From positions 3,873,188-3,937,187 of the forward strand of contig OY762280.1 in the NCBI GenBank assembly GCA_963665525.1: a DNA stretch of 64,000 nt, read 5' to 3'. The notes under the pieces were generated by a model that was given only the letters and a program-made list of their open reading frames with translations, ran no database searches and had not been told where the DNA came from. Each line of letters begins with the position of its first letter. Position 1 is the first letter of the stretch. Below, one piece after another: positions 18,767 to 27,478 of this stretch. A program made the position numbers and the translations under genes. The stretch comes from Bacteroidales bacterium (GTDB taxonomy: Bacteria; Bacteroidota; Bacteroidia; Bacteroidales; UBA12077).

Positions 18767-18782
18767 AATGATAATTATCATT
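18767..18782. promoter_or_regulatory. Perfect 16-bp palindrome AATGATAATTATCATT (Fur-box-like)
   Basis: Read directly from the sequence. It contains TGATAAT/ATTATCA-type half sites. It sits about 20 bp upstream of the hemerythrin -7 box, in the divergent intergenic region. Confidence 0.4.
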
Positions 18783-18864
18783 GTATTAGCTTATTGCAGG
18801 TTATACGGGAATAATAGGATTGAATTATTTTAGATCTCGGATATTTTTAAGTTAAATCTTTTTT

Positions 18865-18872
18865 TAAATTTG
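18865..18872 (+). promoter_or_regulatory. Candidate -7 promoter box (TAAATTTG) for the glycosyltransferase gene
   Basis: TAnnTTTG match 16 nt upstream of the ATG at 18889. Confidence 0.35.
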
Positions 18873-18888
18873 AATAAAAGCAAACGGG

Positions 18889-19956
18889 ATGAAAGAAAGG
18901 AAGAATGTACTTGTTTGTCCTTTAAATTGGGGATTGGGTCATGCAACAAGAGATGTTCCAATAATTAATAAACTCATAGCGCATAATTATAATGTAATAA
19001 TTGCTGCCAGTGGTTTTGTTTATAAATTTTTGAAAGAGGAGTTTCCTGATTTGCAGATTTTTAAACTTCCAGGTTATCATGTAAGATATTCCAAATCCAA
19101 CACTCAGACCATGAAAATGCTTTTATTAATTCCCTGGATTTTGTATTGGACCATTAAGGAACATATAATGCTTTCAAGATTAATAAAGACGTATAAAATT
19201 CATATTGTAGTTTCTGATAATCGGTTTGGACTATGGAATAAAAGCACTTATAGTATTTTTATTACGCATCAGTTGCGAGTTCTATTTCCGGGTATATTGA
19301 ACGTGTTTGAACCATTATATCAATGGTTTTCAAATCAAATTATAAATAAATTTAACGAATGCTGGATTCCTGATTTTAAGGGTGCTTTGAATTTATCCGG
19401 CAAATTATCTCATCATAAGAATAAAAATAATTCTCATTATTTTATTGGTCCTTTATCGCGATTTGAAAATTTGGATTTAAACAACAATAAGGATATTGAT
19501 ATTCTGATTATTCTTTCTGGTCCAGAACCACAAAGAGGTATTTTAGAAAAAATCATTTATGATCAAACTAAAAATATCGAAGTAAAATGTGTTGTGGTAA
19601 GAGGAACTAATGAAGAGAGAGAATATAGCTTTACCTTTCCAACCTTTGATATTGTTCATACGCAAGAGCTCCAAAATTTATATTTTAGAGCGAATATTAT
19701 TCTTTGTAGATCAGGATATAGTTCAATAATGGATTTAGTTAAACTGAAAAAAAAAGCTATACTGATTCCAACGCCAGGGCAAACAGAACAAGAATACTTG
19801 GCAAAATATTTAAGCAATAAGGGATGGTTTTATTCCGTAAACCAAGATGAATTTTTATTGAAACGGGATATTCAAAGAGTTATTAATTTTCCAGAAATTC
19901 AGATAATAGAAAATAATGAATTAGAAAAAAGAATCCTTAAACTAAAAGAAATATAA
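18889..19956 (+). CDS. Glycosyltransferase (GT-B fold, MurG/GT28-like C-terminal domain)
   Basis: 355 aa. The N-terminal VCPLNWGLGHATRD resembles the G-rich loop of GT1/GT28 enzymes. The C-terminal part has CRSGYSSIMDL..ILIPTPGQTEQEYLA. Confidence 0.6.
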   Translation: MKERKNVLVCPLNWGLGHATRDVPIINKLIAHNYNVIIAASGFVYKFLKEEFPDLQIFKLPGYHVRYSKSNTQTMKMLLLIPWILYWTIKEHIMLSRLIKTYKIHIVVSDNRFGLWNKSTYSIFITHQLRVLFPGILNVFEPLYQWFSNQIINKFNECWIPDFKGALNLSGKLSHHKNKNNSHYFIGPLSRFENLDLNNNKDIDILIILSGPEPQRGILEKIIYDQTKNIEVKCVVVRGTNEEREYSFTFPTFDIVHTQELQNLYFRANIILCRSGYSSIMDLVKLKKKAILIPTPGQTEQEYLAKYLSNKGWFYSVNQDEFLLKRDIQRVINFPEIQIIENNELEKRILKLKEI

Positions 19957-20550
19957 TACCAAAATTGAAGTAATAAGCCCTGTTAGCCAACCTACATATA
20001 TTTGATATGGTTTATGAGATTTAAGATTTAATCTTGAAAATCCAATAATTCCAGAAACAATAATGGTGGCTATTATAAAATATTCAAGATTTACATTTAG
20101 TCTGAATGAGATAGCAATAAGCGCTCCTGTTAATCCTCCAATTCCAATCATATGAGCACTGATTTTCCATTTAAAAGAAAGTAGAAATAAAATAACCACT
20201 GTTGTTGTTGAAGCTAATATAAATTTTGAAATAGTTGGTGGAGCTCCTAATCGAACTAAGAGATAATAACAAAAAAAATATAAAACAGATGTTACAAAAA
20301 AGGGAATAAGTCGTTCTCTGTTATTTTCCATCTGAACATTCTTAATAATTTTTTGGAAAACAAAGAAAGGAACAAATGTTAATGGTAAAATAAAAGTACT
20401 AACACTCACTATCAGTAGTATTATTTTTTTAGCTTGAAAAGGCAAATACTCTAATACCGAACCAGAATTAAATAAAATAAGCATTCCTATTGAAGGTAGA
20501 AGTAAAGGATGAAAAAGTACCGATATTATTTTAGCAGAAGTTTTTCCCAT
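19942..20550 (-). CDS. PAP2-like integral membrane protein
   Basis: 202 aa with about 6 TM helices. ISAHM may correspond to the PSGH motif and SRLNLKSHKPYQ to SRxxxxxHxxxD, with Q replacing the final D. This is a weak assignment. Confidence 0.45.
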   Translation of the reverse strand: MGKTSAKIISVLFHPLLLPSIGMLILFNSGSVLEYLPFQAKKIILLIVSVSTFILPLTFVPFFVFQKIIKNVQMENNRERLIPFFVTSVLYFFCYYLLVRLGAPPTISKFILASTTTVVILFLLSFKWKISAHMIGIGGLTGALIAISFRLNVNLEYFIIATIIVSGIIGFSRLNLKSHKPYQIYVGWLTGLITSILVLYFF

Positions 20551-20552
20551 GT

Positions 20553-22010
20553 TTACAATTCTTTTCTTAATCTGGCAACAGGAATATTGAGTTGTTCACG
20601 GTATTTAGCAACAGTTCTCCTGGCAATTTTATAACCCTTTTCTTTTAGAATATCTGTTAACTTATCATCGGTTAGTGGCTTCTTCTTGTCTTCACCATCA
20701 ATACATTCTTTTAAGATAGCTTTTATTTCTCTGGTAGAAACTTCTTCACCCGATTCTGTCTGTAATCCTTCGGAAAAGAAATATTTAAGAGAATATATTC
20801 CAAAATGTGTCTGAATGTATTTACTATTTGCTACTCGAGAAATGGTAGAAATATCTAAACCTGTTCTTTCAGCAATATCTTTAAGAATCATTGGTTTTAA
20901 TTCAGATTCGTCTCCTTCTAAAAAATAATTGTACTGATATTCAATGATCGCATTCATTGTTAGTAACAATGTATTTTGACGTTGTTTAATGGCATCAATA
21001 AACCATTTTGCTGAATCAAGTTTTTGCTTTACAAAACTGATAGCTTCTTTATCGCTTTTGGTTTTTTCATTCTTGCTCTTACTCGAAAACGATTGCAGCA
21101 TTTCAGTATAAGTGTAGCTTAATCTTAGCTCTGGGACATTTCGTGCATTTAAAGAGAGCTGTAGATCTCCTTCATTATTCTCAAGAATAAAGTCAGGAAC
21201 TAATGTTTGTATAACGTTAGAGCTTTCTGCAAAACTTCCTCCGGGTCGAGGGTTTAATTTCAGAATTTCATTAATAGCCGCTTTTAATTCTTCTTCAGAT
21301 ATATTTAAGCGGGTAATAATTTTTTCATAATGCTTTTTAGTAAACTCATCGAAATAATATTTCAGAATTTTCCAGGCTAATTTAATGATAGGAATTTCCT
21401 GATCTTTGGTCTTTATTTGGATAAGTAAACATTCCTGAAGATTTCTGGCGCCAACACCGGCAGGTTCTAAATCCTGGATAATGCGCAGAACCTCTAGTAA
21501 CTCATCATCATCGGTTTCAATATTTTGCGAGAATGCTAAATCGTTGGCTATAGCTTCCAATTTTCTGCGAACATAACCATCATCATCGAGGTTGCCTATT
21601 AAATATAATGCAAGAACCTCCTCTTTTTCTTCAAGGTTTAATAAACCAATCTGATTTTGTAAATGTTCATGAAAAGATACCCCGGTTGAAAAAGGGATAT
21701 CTTCTTTTTTATCGTCTTTTGAATAATTATTTGCTGATAATTTATAAGAAGGAATATCTTCATCGTTGATGTAGTCATCCAGAGAAAATTCATCAATGTC
21801 ATTACTTAAGTTATCTTCAGTAATCTCTTCATCTCCATTATCCTGGAATTCATCTTCTATTTTACCTTCTTCAAGCACAGGATTTTCTTCCAACTCTTTT
21901 TTAATTCTTTGTTCAAGCTGAATAGTTGGGATCTCCAACAGCTTGATCATTTGAATCTGCTGAGGTGAAAGTTTTTGTAATAGTTTTTGTTGTAAACTTT
22001 GCTTTAACAT
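20553..22010 (-). CDS. rpoN: RNA polymerase sigma-54 factor
   Basis: 485 aa. It has a Gln/Leu-rich region I (MLKQSLQQKLLQKLSPQQIQMIKLLE), an acidic region II, an HTH and the RpoN box ARRTVAKYREQLNIP. Confidence 0.95.
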   Translation of the reverse strand: MLKQSLQQKLLQKLSPQQIQMIKLLEIPTIQLEQRIKKELEENPVLEEGKIEDEFQDNGDEEITEDNLSNDIDEFSLDDYINDEDIPSYKLSANNYSKDDKKEDIPFSTGVSFHEHLQNQIGLLNLEEKEEVLALYLIGNLDDDGYVRRKLEAIANDLAFSQNIETDDDELLEVLRIIQDLEPAGVGARNLQECLLIQIKTKDQEIPIIKLAWKILKYYFDEFTKKHYEKIITRLNISEEELKAAINEILKLNPRPGGSFAESSNVIQTLVPDFILENNEGDLQLSLNARNVPELRLSYTYTEMLQSFSSKSKNEKTKSDKEAISFVKQKLDSAKWFIDAIKQRQNTLLLTMNAIIEYQYNYFLEGDESELKPMILKDIAERTGLDISTISRVANSKYIQTHFGIYSLKYFFSEGLQTESGEEVSTREIKAILKECIDGEDKKKPLTDDKLTDILKEKGYKIARRTVAKYREQLNIPVARLRKEL

Positions 22011-22040
22011 ATCCTGCGCAAAATATTTTTTTAAAAATAA

Positions 22041-23486
22041 TTAAAATTCTGCATTCTTAGGTGTCCTTGGGAAAGGAATTACATCACGTATATTCGACAT
22101 TCCTGTAATGAACAGAACCAATCGTTCGAATCCTAATCCATATCCACTATGAGGCACTGTTCCAAACTTTCTGGTTTCTAAATACCACCACATATCTTTT
22201 TCTGGAATTCCCATTTCTTGAATTCTGGCTGCTAATTTATCGTAATTTTCTTCACGCTGCGAACCTCCAATAATCTCACCAATTCCTGGGAATAAAATAT
22301 CCATAGCACGAACTGTTTTACCATCGTCGTTTTGTTTCATGTAGAAAGCCTTAATATCTTTAGGATAATCGATTAATATTACTGGTTTTTTAAAATGTTT
22401 CTCTACAAGATAACGTTCATGTTCTGATTGAAGGTCAATTCCCCATTCAACCGGGAACTGGAATTTCCCTTTTTTAGCAGGTTTTGAATTTTTAAGAATA
22501 TCAATAGCTTCAGTATAAGTTAATCGAACAAACTCATCCTGAAGGATAAATTTAAGTTTTTCGATCAGGGTCATTTCCGATTTCTCATTCTGAGGCTTAT
22601 TTTTTTCTTCGTTTATTAATCTTTGTTCTAAGAATTTAAGATCATCTAAACATTTATCTAAAGCATATTTAACCAGATACTTTAACATGTCTTCAGCTAA
22701 ATCCATGTTATCATTAATATCATAAAATGCCATTTCTGGTTCAATCATCCAAAATTCTGCTAAATGGCGAGGAGTATTTGAATTTTCAGCTCTAAATGTA
22801 GGACCAAAAGTATATACATTCGATAGGGCAGTAGCGCCTAATTCAGCTTCTAACTGACCCGATACAGTAAGGTTCGTTTCCTTACCAAAGAAATCTTCAG
22901 TAAAATCAATCTTACCATCTTCAGTTTTAGGTTCATTTCCTGGTTCGAAAGTAGAAACTCTAAACATTTCTCCTGCACCTTCAGCGTCTGAGCCTGTAAT
23001 AATAGGTGTGTGTAAATAATAAAAGTTATGATCGTTAAAATATTTATGTATAGCAAAGGCCATAGCATGTCTGATTCTAAAAACAGCACCAAAAACATTG
23101 GTTCTGAATCTTAAGTGAGCGATCTCTCTTAAAAATTCAAGAGTGTGACCTTTCTTTTGTAGCGGGTAAGTTTCTGTATCAGCAGTGCCATAAATTTCAA
23201 TTTCTTTGGCTTGAATTTCTACACTTTGACCTTGCCCTTGTGATTGTACCAGTGTTCCATTTACGCTTAAGCTAGCACCAGTCGTAATATCTTTAATTAA
23301 AGTCTCGTCAAAATTAGCTAAATCAACTACTACCTGAATATTATTAATTGTAGAACCATCATTTAAAGCAACAAATGCTACTTGTTTGTTTCCTCTTCTG
23401 GTTCTTACCCATCCTTTTGCATTTACTTCTCGATCAACTTCTGTTGATAGTAATAAATCTTTGATAAAGCTTCTTCTTTGTGTCAT
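22041..23486 (-). CDS. asnS: Asparagine--tRNA ligase
   Basis: 481 aa. It has an N-terminal OB fold and class II motifs ([21 protein letters not shown]; [27 protein letters not shown]). Confidence 0.95.
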   Translation of the reverse strand: MTQRRSFIKDLLLSTEVDREVNAKGWVRTRRGNKQVAFVALNDGSTINNIQVVVDLANFDETLIKDITTGASLSVNGTLVQSQGQGQSVEIQAKEIEIYGTADTETYPLQKKGHTLEFLREIAHLRFRTNVFGAVFRIRHAMAFAIHKYFNDHNFYYLHTPIITGSDAEGAGEMFRVSTFEPGNEPKTEDGKIDFTEDFFGKETNLTVSGQLEAELGATALSNVYTFGPTFRAENSNTPRHLAEFWMIEPEMAFYDINDNMDLAEDMLKYLVKYALDKCLDDLKFLEQRLINEEKNKPQNEKSEMTLIEKLKFILQDEFVRLTYTEAIDILKNSKPAKKGKFQFPVEWGIDLQSEHERYLVEKHFKKPVILIDYPKDIKAFYMKQNDDGKTVRAMDILFPGIGEIIGGSQREENYDKLAARIQEMGIPEKDMWWYLETRKFGTVPHSGYGLGFERLVLFITGMSNIRDVIPFPRTPKNAEF

Positions 23487-23511
23487 AATAATTGAAATAT
23501 AATTAGAATGA

Positions 23512-23519
23512 CAAAAATA
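23512..23519 (-). promoter_or_regulatory. Candidate -7 promoter box (TATTTTTG) for asnS-rpoN
   Basis: TAnnTTTG match on the minus strand, 25 nt upstream of the asnS ATG. Confidence 0.4.
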
Positions 23520-23700
23520 ATATTTTTCACTCGATATTAAAGATTTATTAGCTTATATAAATACTAAAAAGCAAGAATTTAACTTGATTTTTAGTATTAA
23601 ATTTTGTATATTATAAAAAATTGAATTCTTACCAAACCTCTTGCAGACTAATCAAAGGTAGGGTAGATATCATAATCTAACCAAATTAAATAACTTACTT

Positions 23701-24483
23701 ATGGAAAAATGGATTATCAAAAATAATGTCTTTGAAGATGAAGAACTCAACAAGAATTTAATGCTTGTTATTAATGATATTATAGAAGAATTTAACAGGC
23801 TTATACCCGAAGGGCCTCCGTTAGGTTTTAAGACACTTGAGTTAGTTAATGATGTTATTTCTGGACCCACATTTTATTGGCCATTAGGACGTGATTTTTA
23901 TAAAATCGCTTTAAATATTTCAAATGTAAATTATAATCAAATTGCTTTTCAGTTTACTCAAGAGTTGTGTAGAATTTATTGTGACCCTAGAATGAGAAGT
24001 TGGTTTATTCAATTGTTAAGTCATTTAAGCGCATTGTATGCATTAGATTTTTTGGGTCATAAATGGGAAAATAGCCCTCCAAATGAAGAATTGAAAGATT
24101 ATTGGTATAATTTCGACTCATATAAAAGTAATCTCTTAGGTGCAGCCTTTAGTAAAGTAGATATTGTAAAATATCAGGTTGCCAATGAATGGGTACAATA
24201 TCAGGTTAATAAATTAAGAAGAAAAGACAAAATTAATCATGGCAAGTTATTAATTATTGCTTATGAATTGCTTCCTATGTTTAAGGAATATCCTGAAAGC
24301 TGGCAGATGTTACCATTGGTTGGAAAACACTCCGTTCCTCCACCTCCGTCTGATCCTAATAAGATTGTGACAGATCGAAATACGGAGCCAGATTTTGAAA
24401 AATTAATTGAGGCCTTACCAGTAGAACTTAGTGAATTCGCAAATAAGTTTTATGATAAAATAGGAGCAAGAGAGTATATTTAA
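23701..24483 (+). CDS. Hypothetical protein
   Basis: 260-aa ORF with no signal peptide and no motif I recognise. A Pro-rich stretch (VPPPPSDPN) lies near the C-terminus. Confidence 0.5.
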   Translation: MEKWIIKNNVFEDEELNKNLMLVINDIIEEFNRLIPEGPPLGFKTLELVNDVISGPTFYWPLGRDFYKIALNISNVNYNQIAFQFTQELCRIYCDPRMRSWFIQLLSHLSALYALDFLGHKWENSPPNEELKDYWYNFDSYKSNLLGAAFSKVDIVKYQVANEWVQYQVNKLRRKDKINHGKLLIIAYELLPMFKEYPESWQMLPLVGKHSVPPPPSDPNKIVTDRNTEPDFEKLIEALPVELSEFANKFYDKIGAREYI

Positions 24484-24540
24484 TTTATTAACCGGTAGTT
24501 GTTATTTCCTTCTTTATGGTAACATTAAAAAATAATCGTT

Positions 24541-25665
24541 ATGGAAGAAAAATTAATAACAATTGCAGTTCATAATTATGCTCGTGCAGAAATAATAAGA
24601 ACCAGGCTCGAAGCAGAAGGAGTAGAATGCTATTTAAAAAATATTAATTTAATTCATTCAGCTATTTCTGGAGGAGTTAAGGTTCGTGTTAACTCAAAAG
24701 ATATAGAAAAAGCACTTCGTATTGTTGAAAAGCTTAGTGATCAGTTTCGTGACGAATACGATAACGAAGCAGAAGAAGCCGGTAGAAGTGTTCAACGTAT
24801 TCTAGTTCCAATTGATTTTAGTGATTATTCTGTAAATGCATGCCGTTACGCTATCGGACTTGCGGAGAAGTTAAATGCAGAAATTAAACTAATGCATGTG
24901 TACTATAATCCTGTAGTAAACTCAATGCCCTTAACAGATACTTATTATTATCAGGTAAATATGGATGAGATTATCAGAGAGATTGAGCTGCGTGCTAAAA
25001 CAAATATGGAGGAGTTTTATAAAGATTTAAAGGAGAAGATTGAAAAAGATGCTATTCAGGGCGTAAAACTTGATTATGATTTGGTACGTGGAATTGCAAG
25101 CGACGAAATAATATCGAAGAGTGAGGAATATAAACCTGATGTAATTATTATAGGTACCAGAGGCCAGGGAGAAAAGGAAAATGATTTGATCGGTAGCGTA
25201 ACGGCTAAAATTATTGAAGAAACAAAGGTCCCCGTATTAGTTATTCCTGAAGATTCTTTATATGAAGGAATAGCTACTATTAATATTTTATATGCTACAG
25301 ATTTTGATGATTCTGATTATAAGGCATTAAAACGGTTGATGAATATATTGTCTCCATTTGAATTTAGGCTTTTTTGTGTGCATGTTGGAACGAAGGATAC
25401 CAATGTTTGGGATCAAGCAAAAATGAGTTCATTAAAAGAAAAATTAAACACACAATATCCTGATTATGATATTGAATGTAGTTTACTTGAGCAAGAAGAT
25501 TTTTTGCAGGGCATTCAGGAAATCATTCGTGATAAAAGAATTGATATTCTTTCTCTGGTTACTCATAAACGAAATTTAATATCAAAATTATTAAATCCTA
25601 GTTTGGCAAGGAAAGTATTATTTCATACGAATATTCCATTCTTGGTATTTCACTCTGATAAATAA
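24541..25665 (+). CDS. Universal stress protein with tandem Usp domains and an N-terminal DUF2007-like domain
   Basis: 374 aa. The N-terminus (ITIAVHNYARAEIIRTRLEAEGVECYLKN) resembles DUF2007. Two Usp-like halves follow (ILVPIDFSDYS..IIIGTRG and ILYATDF..). Confidence 0.7.
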   Translation: MEEKLITIAVHNYARAEIIRTRLEAEGVECYLKNINLIHSAISGGVKVRVNSKDIEKALRIVEKLSDQFRDEYDNEAEEAGRSVQRILVPIDFSDYSVNACRYAIGLAEKLNAEIKLMHVYYNPVVNSMPLTDTYYYQVNMDEIIREIELRAKTNMEEFYKDLKEKIEKDAIQGVKLDYDLVRGIASDEIISKSEEYKPDVIIIGTRGQGEKENDLIGSVTAKIIEETKVPVLVIPEDSLYEGIATINILYATDFDDSDYKALKRLMNILSPFEFRLFCVHVGTKDTNVWDQAKMSSLKEKLNTQYPDYDIECSLLEQEDFLQGIQEIIRDKRIDILSLVTHKRNLISKLLNPSLARKVLFHTNIPFLVFHSDK

Positions 25666-26324
25666 TCAGAAAGGGTTTCTGCGATCTTTATATCAACTTT
25701 AGAAGTGATTTTAATATTCTCCCTGTTGCCGGGGACTAAATGTATTTTTACACCAAGTTTCTCAACAACACTGGCATCATCAGTAAAAGACTCGTTCCAT
25801 TCTTGTGAATAAGCTTGTTTAATTAAGGAACAATCGAATGCTTGCGGTGTTTGAATTAATTTATACTGATTTCTATCAACAGGTTTGTTCGAATCTTTAC
25901 TTATATATCTAATGGAATCAATACAATCAATATATGGTATAGCATTTTTATGAATGGCAGCCTCATAAAAAACTTGGTAAATAGTCTTTTGACTAACTAA
26001 AGGTCTAACACCATCGTGTATTGCTACCAAACCATCCTGTTCAATTTCCTGGATTGCATTTTTTACTGAATGAAATCGAGTTTCTCCACCTTTAACTATA
26101 GTATGTTCAATGTTAAAAAGATAATCTTCGCAAAGTTTTTCCCAATATGGGATATTGTTTTCAGGTAAAGCGATAATAATTTTAAAAGTATTATCATAAG
26201 AATAAAAAGCCTTGATAGTTTTCATTAAAATAATTTCACCATGAATAGAAAGAAATTGTTTTGGAATAGAACTTCCCATTCTTTGTCCAGAACCTCCTGC
26301 AACAATAATAACAAATCGATTCAT
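25650..26324 (-). CDS. ispD: 2-C-methyl-D-erythritol 4-phosphate cytidylyltransferase
   Basis: 224 aa. VIIVAGGSGQRMGSSIPKQFL is the IspD N-terminal signature, and VAIHDGVRP and QTPQAF are also present. Confidence 0.9.
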   Translation of the reverse strand: MNRFVIIVAGGSGQRMGSSIPKQFLSIHGEIILMKTIKAFYSYDNTFKIIIALPENNIPYWEKLCEDYLFNIEHTIVKGGETRFHSVKNAIQEIEQDGLVAIHDGVRPLVSQKTIYQVFYEAAIHKNAIPYIDCIDSIRYISKDSNKPVDRNQYKLIQTPQAFDCSLIKQAYSQEWNESFTDDASVVEKLGVKIHLVPGNRENIKITSKVDIKIAETLSDYLSE

Positions 26325-26342
26325 AAAAATTTATTTAAAAAT

Positions 26343-26350
26343 CAAAGGTA
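26343..26350 (-). promoter_or_regulatory. Candidate -7 promoter box (TACCTTTG) for ispD
   Basis: TAnnTTTG match on the minus strand, 18 nt upstream of the ATG at 26324. Confidence 0.35.
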
Positions 26351-26451
26351 TAAATAATAGTCTATTCAATAAAATGGTAATTATAAATTGTTTAGTATAT
26401 TTGAAGGGAACAAAAAATTGTAAAATATTTTTTTGTTCTGAGAAATATTTT

Positions 26452-26459
26452 TATATTTG
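26452..26459 (+). promoter_or_regulatory. Candidate -7 promoter box (TATATTTG) for the TetR gene
   Basis: TAnnTTTG match 20 nt upstream of the ATG at 26480. Operator-like site 1 lies directly downstream. Confidence 0.45.
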
Positions 26460-26460
26460 C

Positions 26461-26478
26461 ATACCAAACGGTCGGTTT
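26461..26478. promoter_or_regulatory. Operator-like site 1: ATACC-AAACGGTC-GGTTT
   Basis: Core CCAAACGGTCGG at 26464-26475. It is one of three copies of CCRAAYGGTYGG in this locus and sits between the -7 box and the tetR ATG. Confidence 0.5.
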
Positions 26479-26479
26479 T

Positions 26480-27082
26480 ATGAGTCCAACGAAAGAACAT
26501 ATTATATTAACATCGTTCCGATTATTCTTAGAAAAGGGGTATAAGGAAGTGACAATGAGTGCACTTGTTAAAGCGACAGGATTGTCTAAAGGAGCATTTT
26601 ATCATTATTTCGAAAATAAAGAACAGTTATTTATTGAAACTTTGGATAATTTATTTTTTTCAATATCACCTTTTAATAAAGAGATGATTATTAACCCTGA
26701 GGTGACATTTTATGATTATATGCAGATGTATATCGATAATGTAAATAAAATGTCGAAAATGATTAATAGTTATATTGGAGAGGATGCAGCTGGAATGGGA
26801 TATTATAGATTGATGTTGGATATTGCTAATTATGCACCAGATTTTCAGCAAAAAATCGAGGATTCTAATAAAAACGAGTTAATTTTTTGGAGGAAGATTG
26901 TTGAAAACGGAGTGAAAAAAGGTGAATTACGTAACGATTTAGACTTAGAAATTTTGGCTAATCATTTTCAGTGGCTACAAGATGGTATTGCTTTAAGTAC
27001 AATGCTTAGCAGTGATCCAAAGAAAATGAGTGAGGATTTAGATAAAGTATTTAATCAACTTTATATATTAATAAAGAAATAA
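26480..27082 (+). CDS. TetR/AcrR family transcriptional regulator
   Basis: 200 aa. The N-terminal HTH is KEHIILTSFRLFLEKGYKEVTMSALVKATGLSKGAFYHYFENKEQLF. Confidence 0.9.
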   Translation: MSPTKEHIILTSFRLFLEKGYKEVTMSALVKATGLSKGAFYHYFENKEQLFIETLDNLFFSISPFNKEMIINPEVTFYDYMQMYIDNVNKMSKMINSYIGEDAAGMGYYRLMLDIANYAPDFQQKIEDSNKNELIFWRKIVENGVKKGELRNDLDLEILANHFQWLQDGIALSTMLSSDPKKMSEDLDKVFNQLYILIKK

Positions 27083-27100
27083 AAAAATTTACAATACAAC

Positions 27101-27118
27101 ATACCGAATGGTTGGTAT
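27101..27118. promoter_or_regulatory. Operator-like site 2: ATACC-GAATGGTT-GGTAT
   Basis: Core CCGAATGGTTGG at 27104-27115. The 5-bp outer arms are a perfect inverted repeat (ATACC/GGTAT). Confidence 0.5.
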
Positions 27119-27189
27119 AAAATAATAATTTAATAAATGGTCTGGAATTTGTAAGCGAATAGTGAGAGAAGTTTTTTTTATAAACATAC

Positions 27190-27207
27190 AGACCGAACGG
27201 TCGGAAT
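27190..27207. promoter_or_regulatory. Operator-like site 3: AGACC-GAACGGTC-GGAAT
   Basis: Core CCGAACGGTCGG at 27193-27204, 16 nt upstream of the ATG at 27221. Confidence 0.5.
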
Positions 27208-27220
27208 AAATGAAGTGCTT

Positions 27221-27472
27221 ATGAAAACAATAGAAAAAAGATTATGGAAAGTTTTGGTTGAGTATGGTATTGACCGAAATAAGATTTCAAATGAAACAGA
27301 TTATTATTTTGATTTGAATTTAGACATGCTTGATTTAATGGGTTTAGCAAAAAAAATTAAAAATGAATTTATGGTTGGTATTCCCGATAATGAAATACTA
27401 AGAATGGAAAGGATTTCTGATACTATTTATTTTTTAGAAAAGAAATCCAATTTAATGTATTTGCCAAATTAA
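27221..27472 (+). CDS. Acyl-carrier-protein-fold protein lacking the phosphopantetheine-attachment serine
   Basis: 83 aa from the ATG at 27221 (the ORF track starts at the GTG at 27215). It aligns by eye along its length with E. coli AcpP: TIEKRLWKVL against TIEERVKKII, DLNLDMLDLMGLAKKIKNEF against [20 protein letters not shown], and IPDNE against IPDEE. Codon 36 (27326-27328) is ATG (Met), where AcpP has Ser36. Confidence 0.6.
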   Translation: MKTIEKRLWKVLVEYGIDRNKISNETDYYFDLNLDMLDLMGLAKKIKNEFMVGIPDNEILRMERISDTIYFLEKKSNLMYLPN

Positions 27473-27478
27473 TAAATA

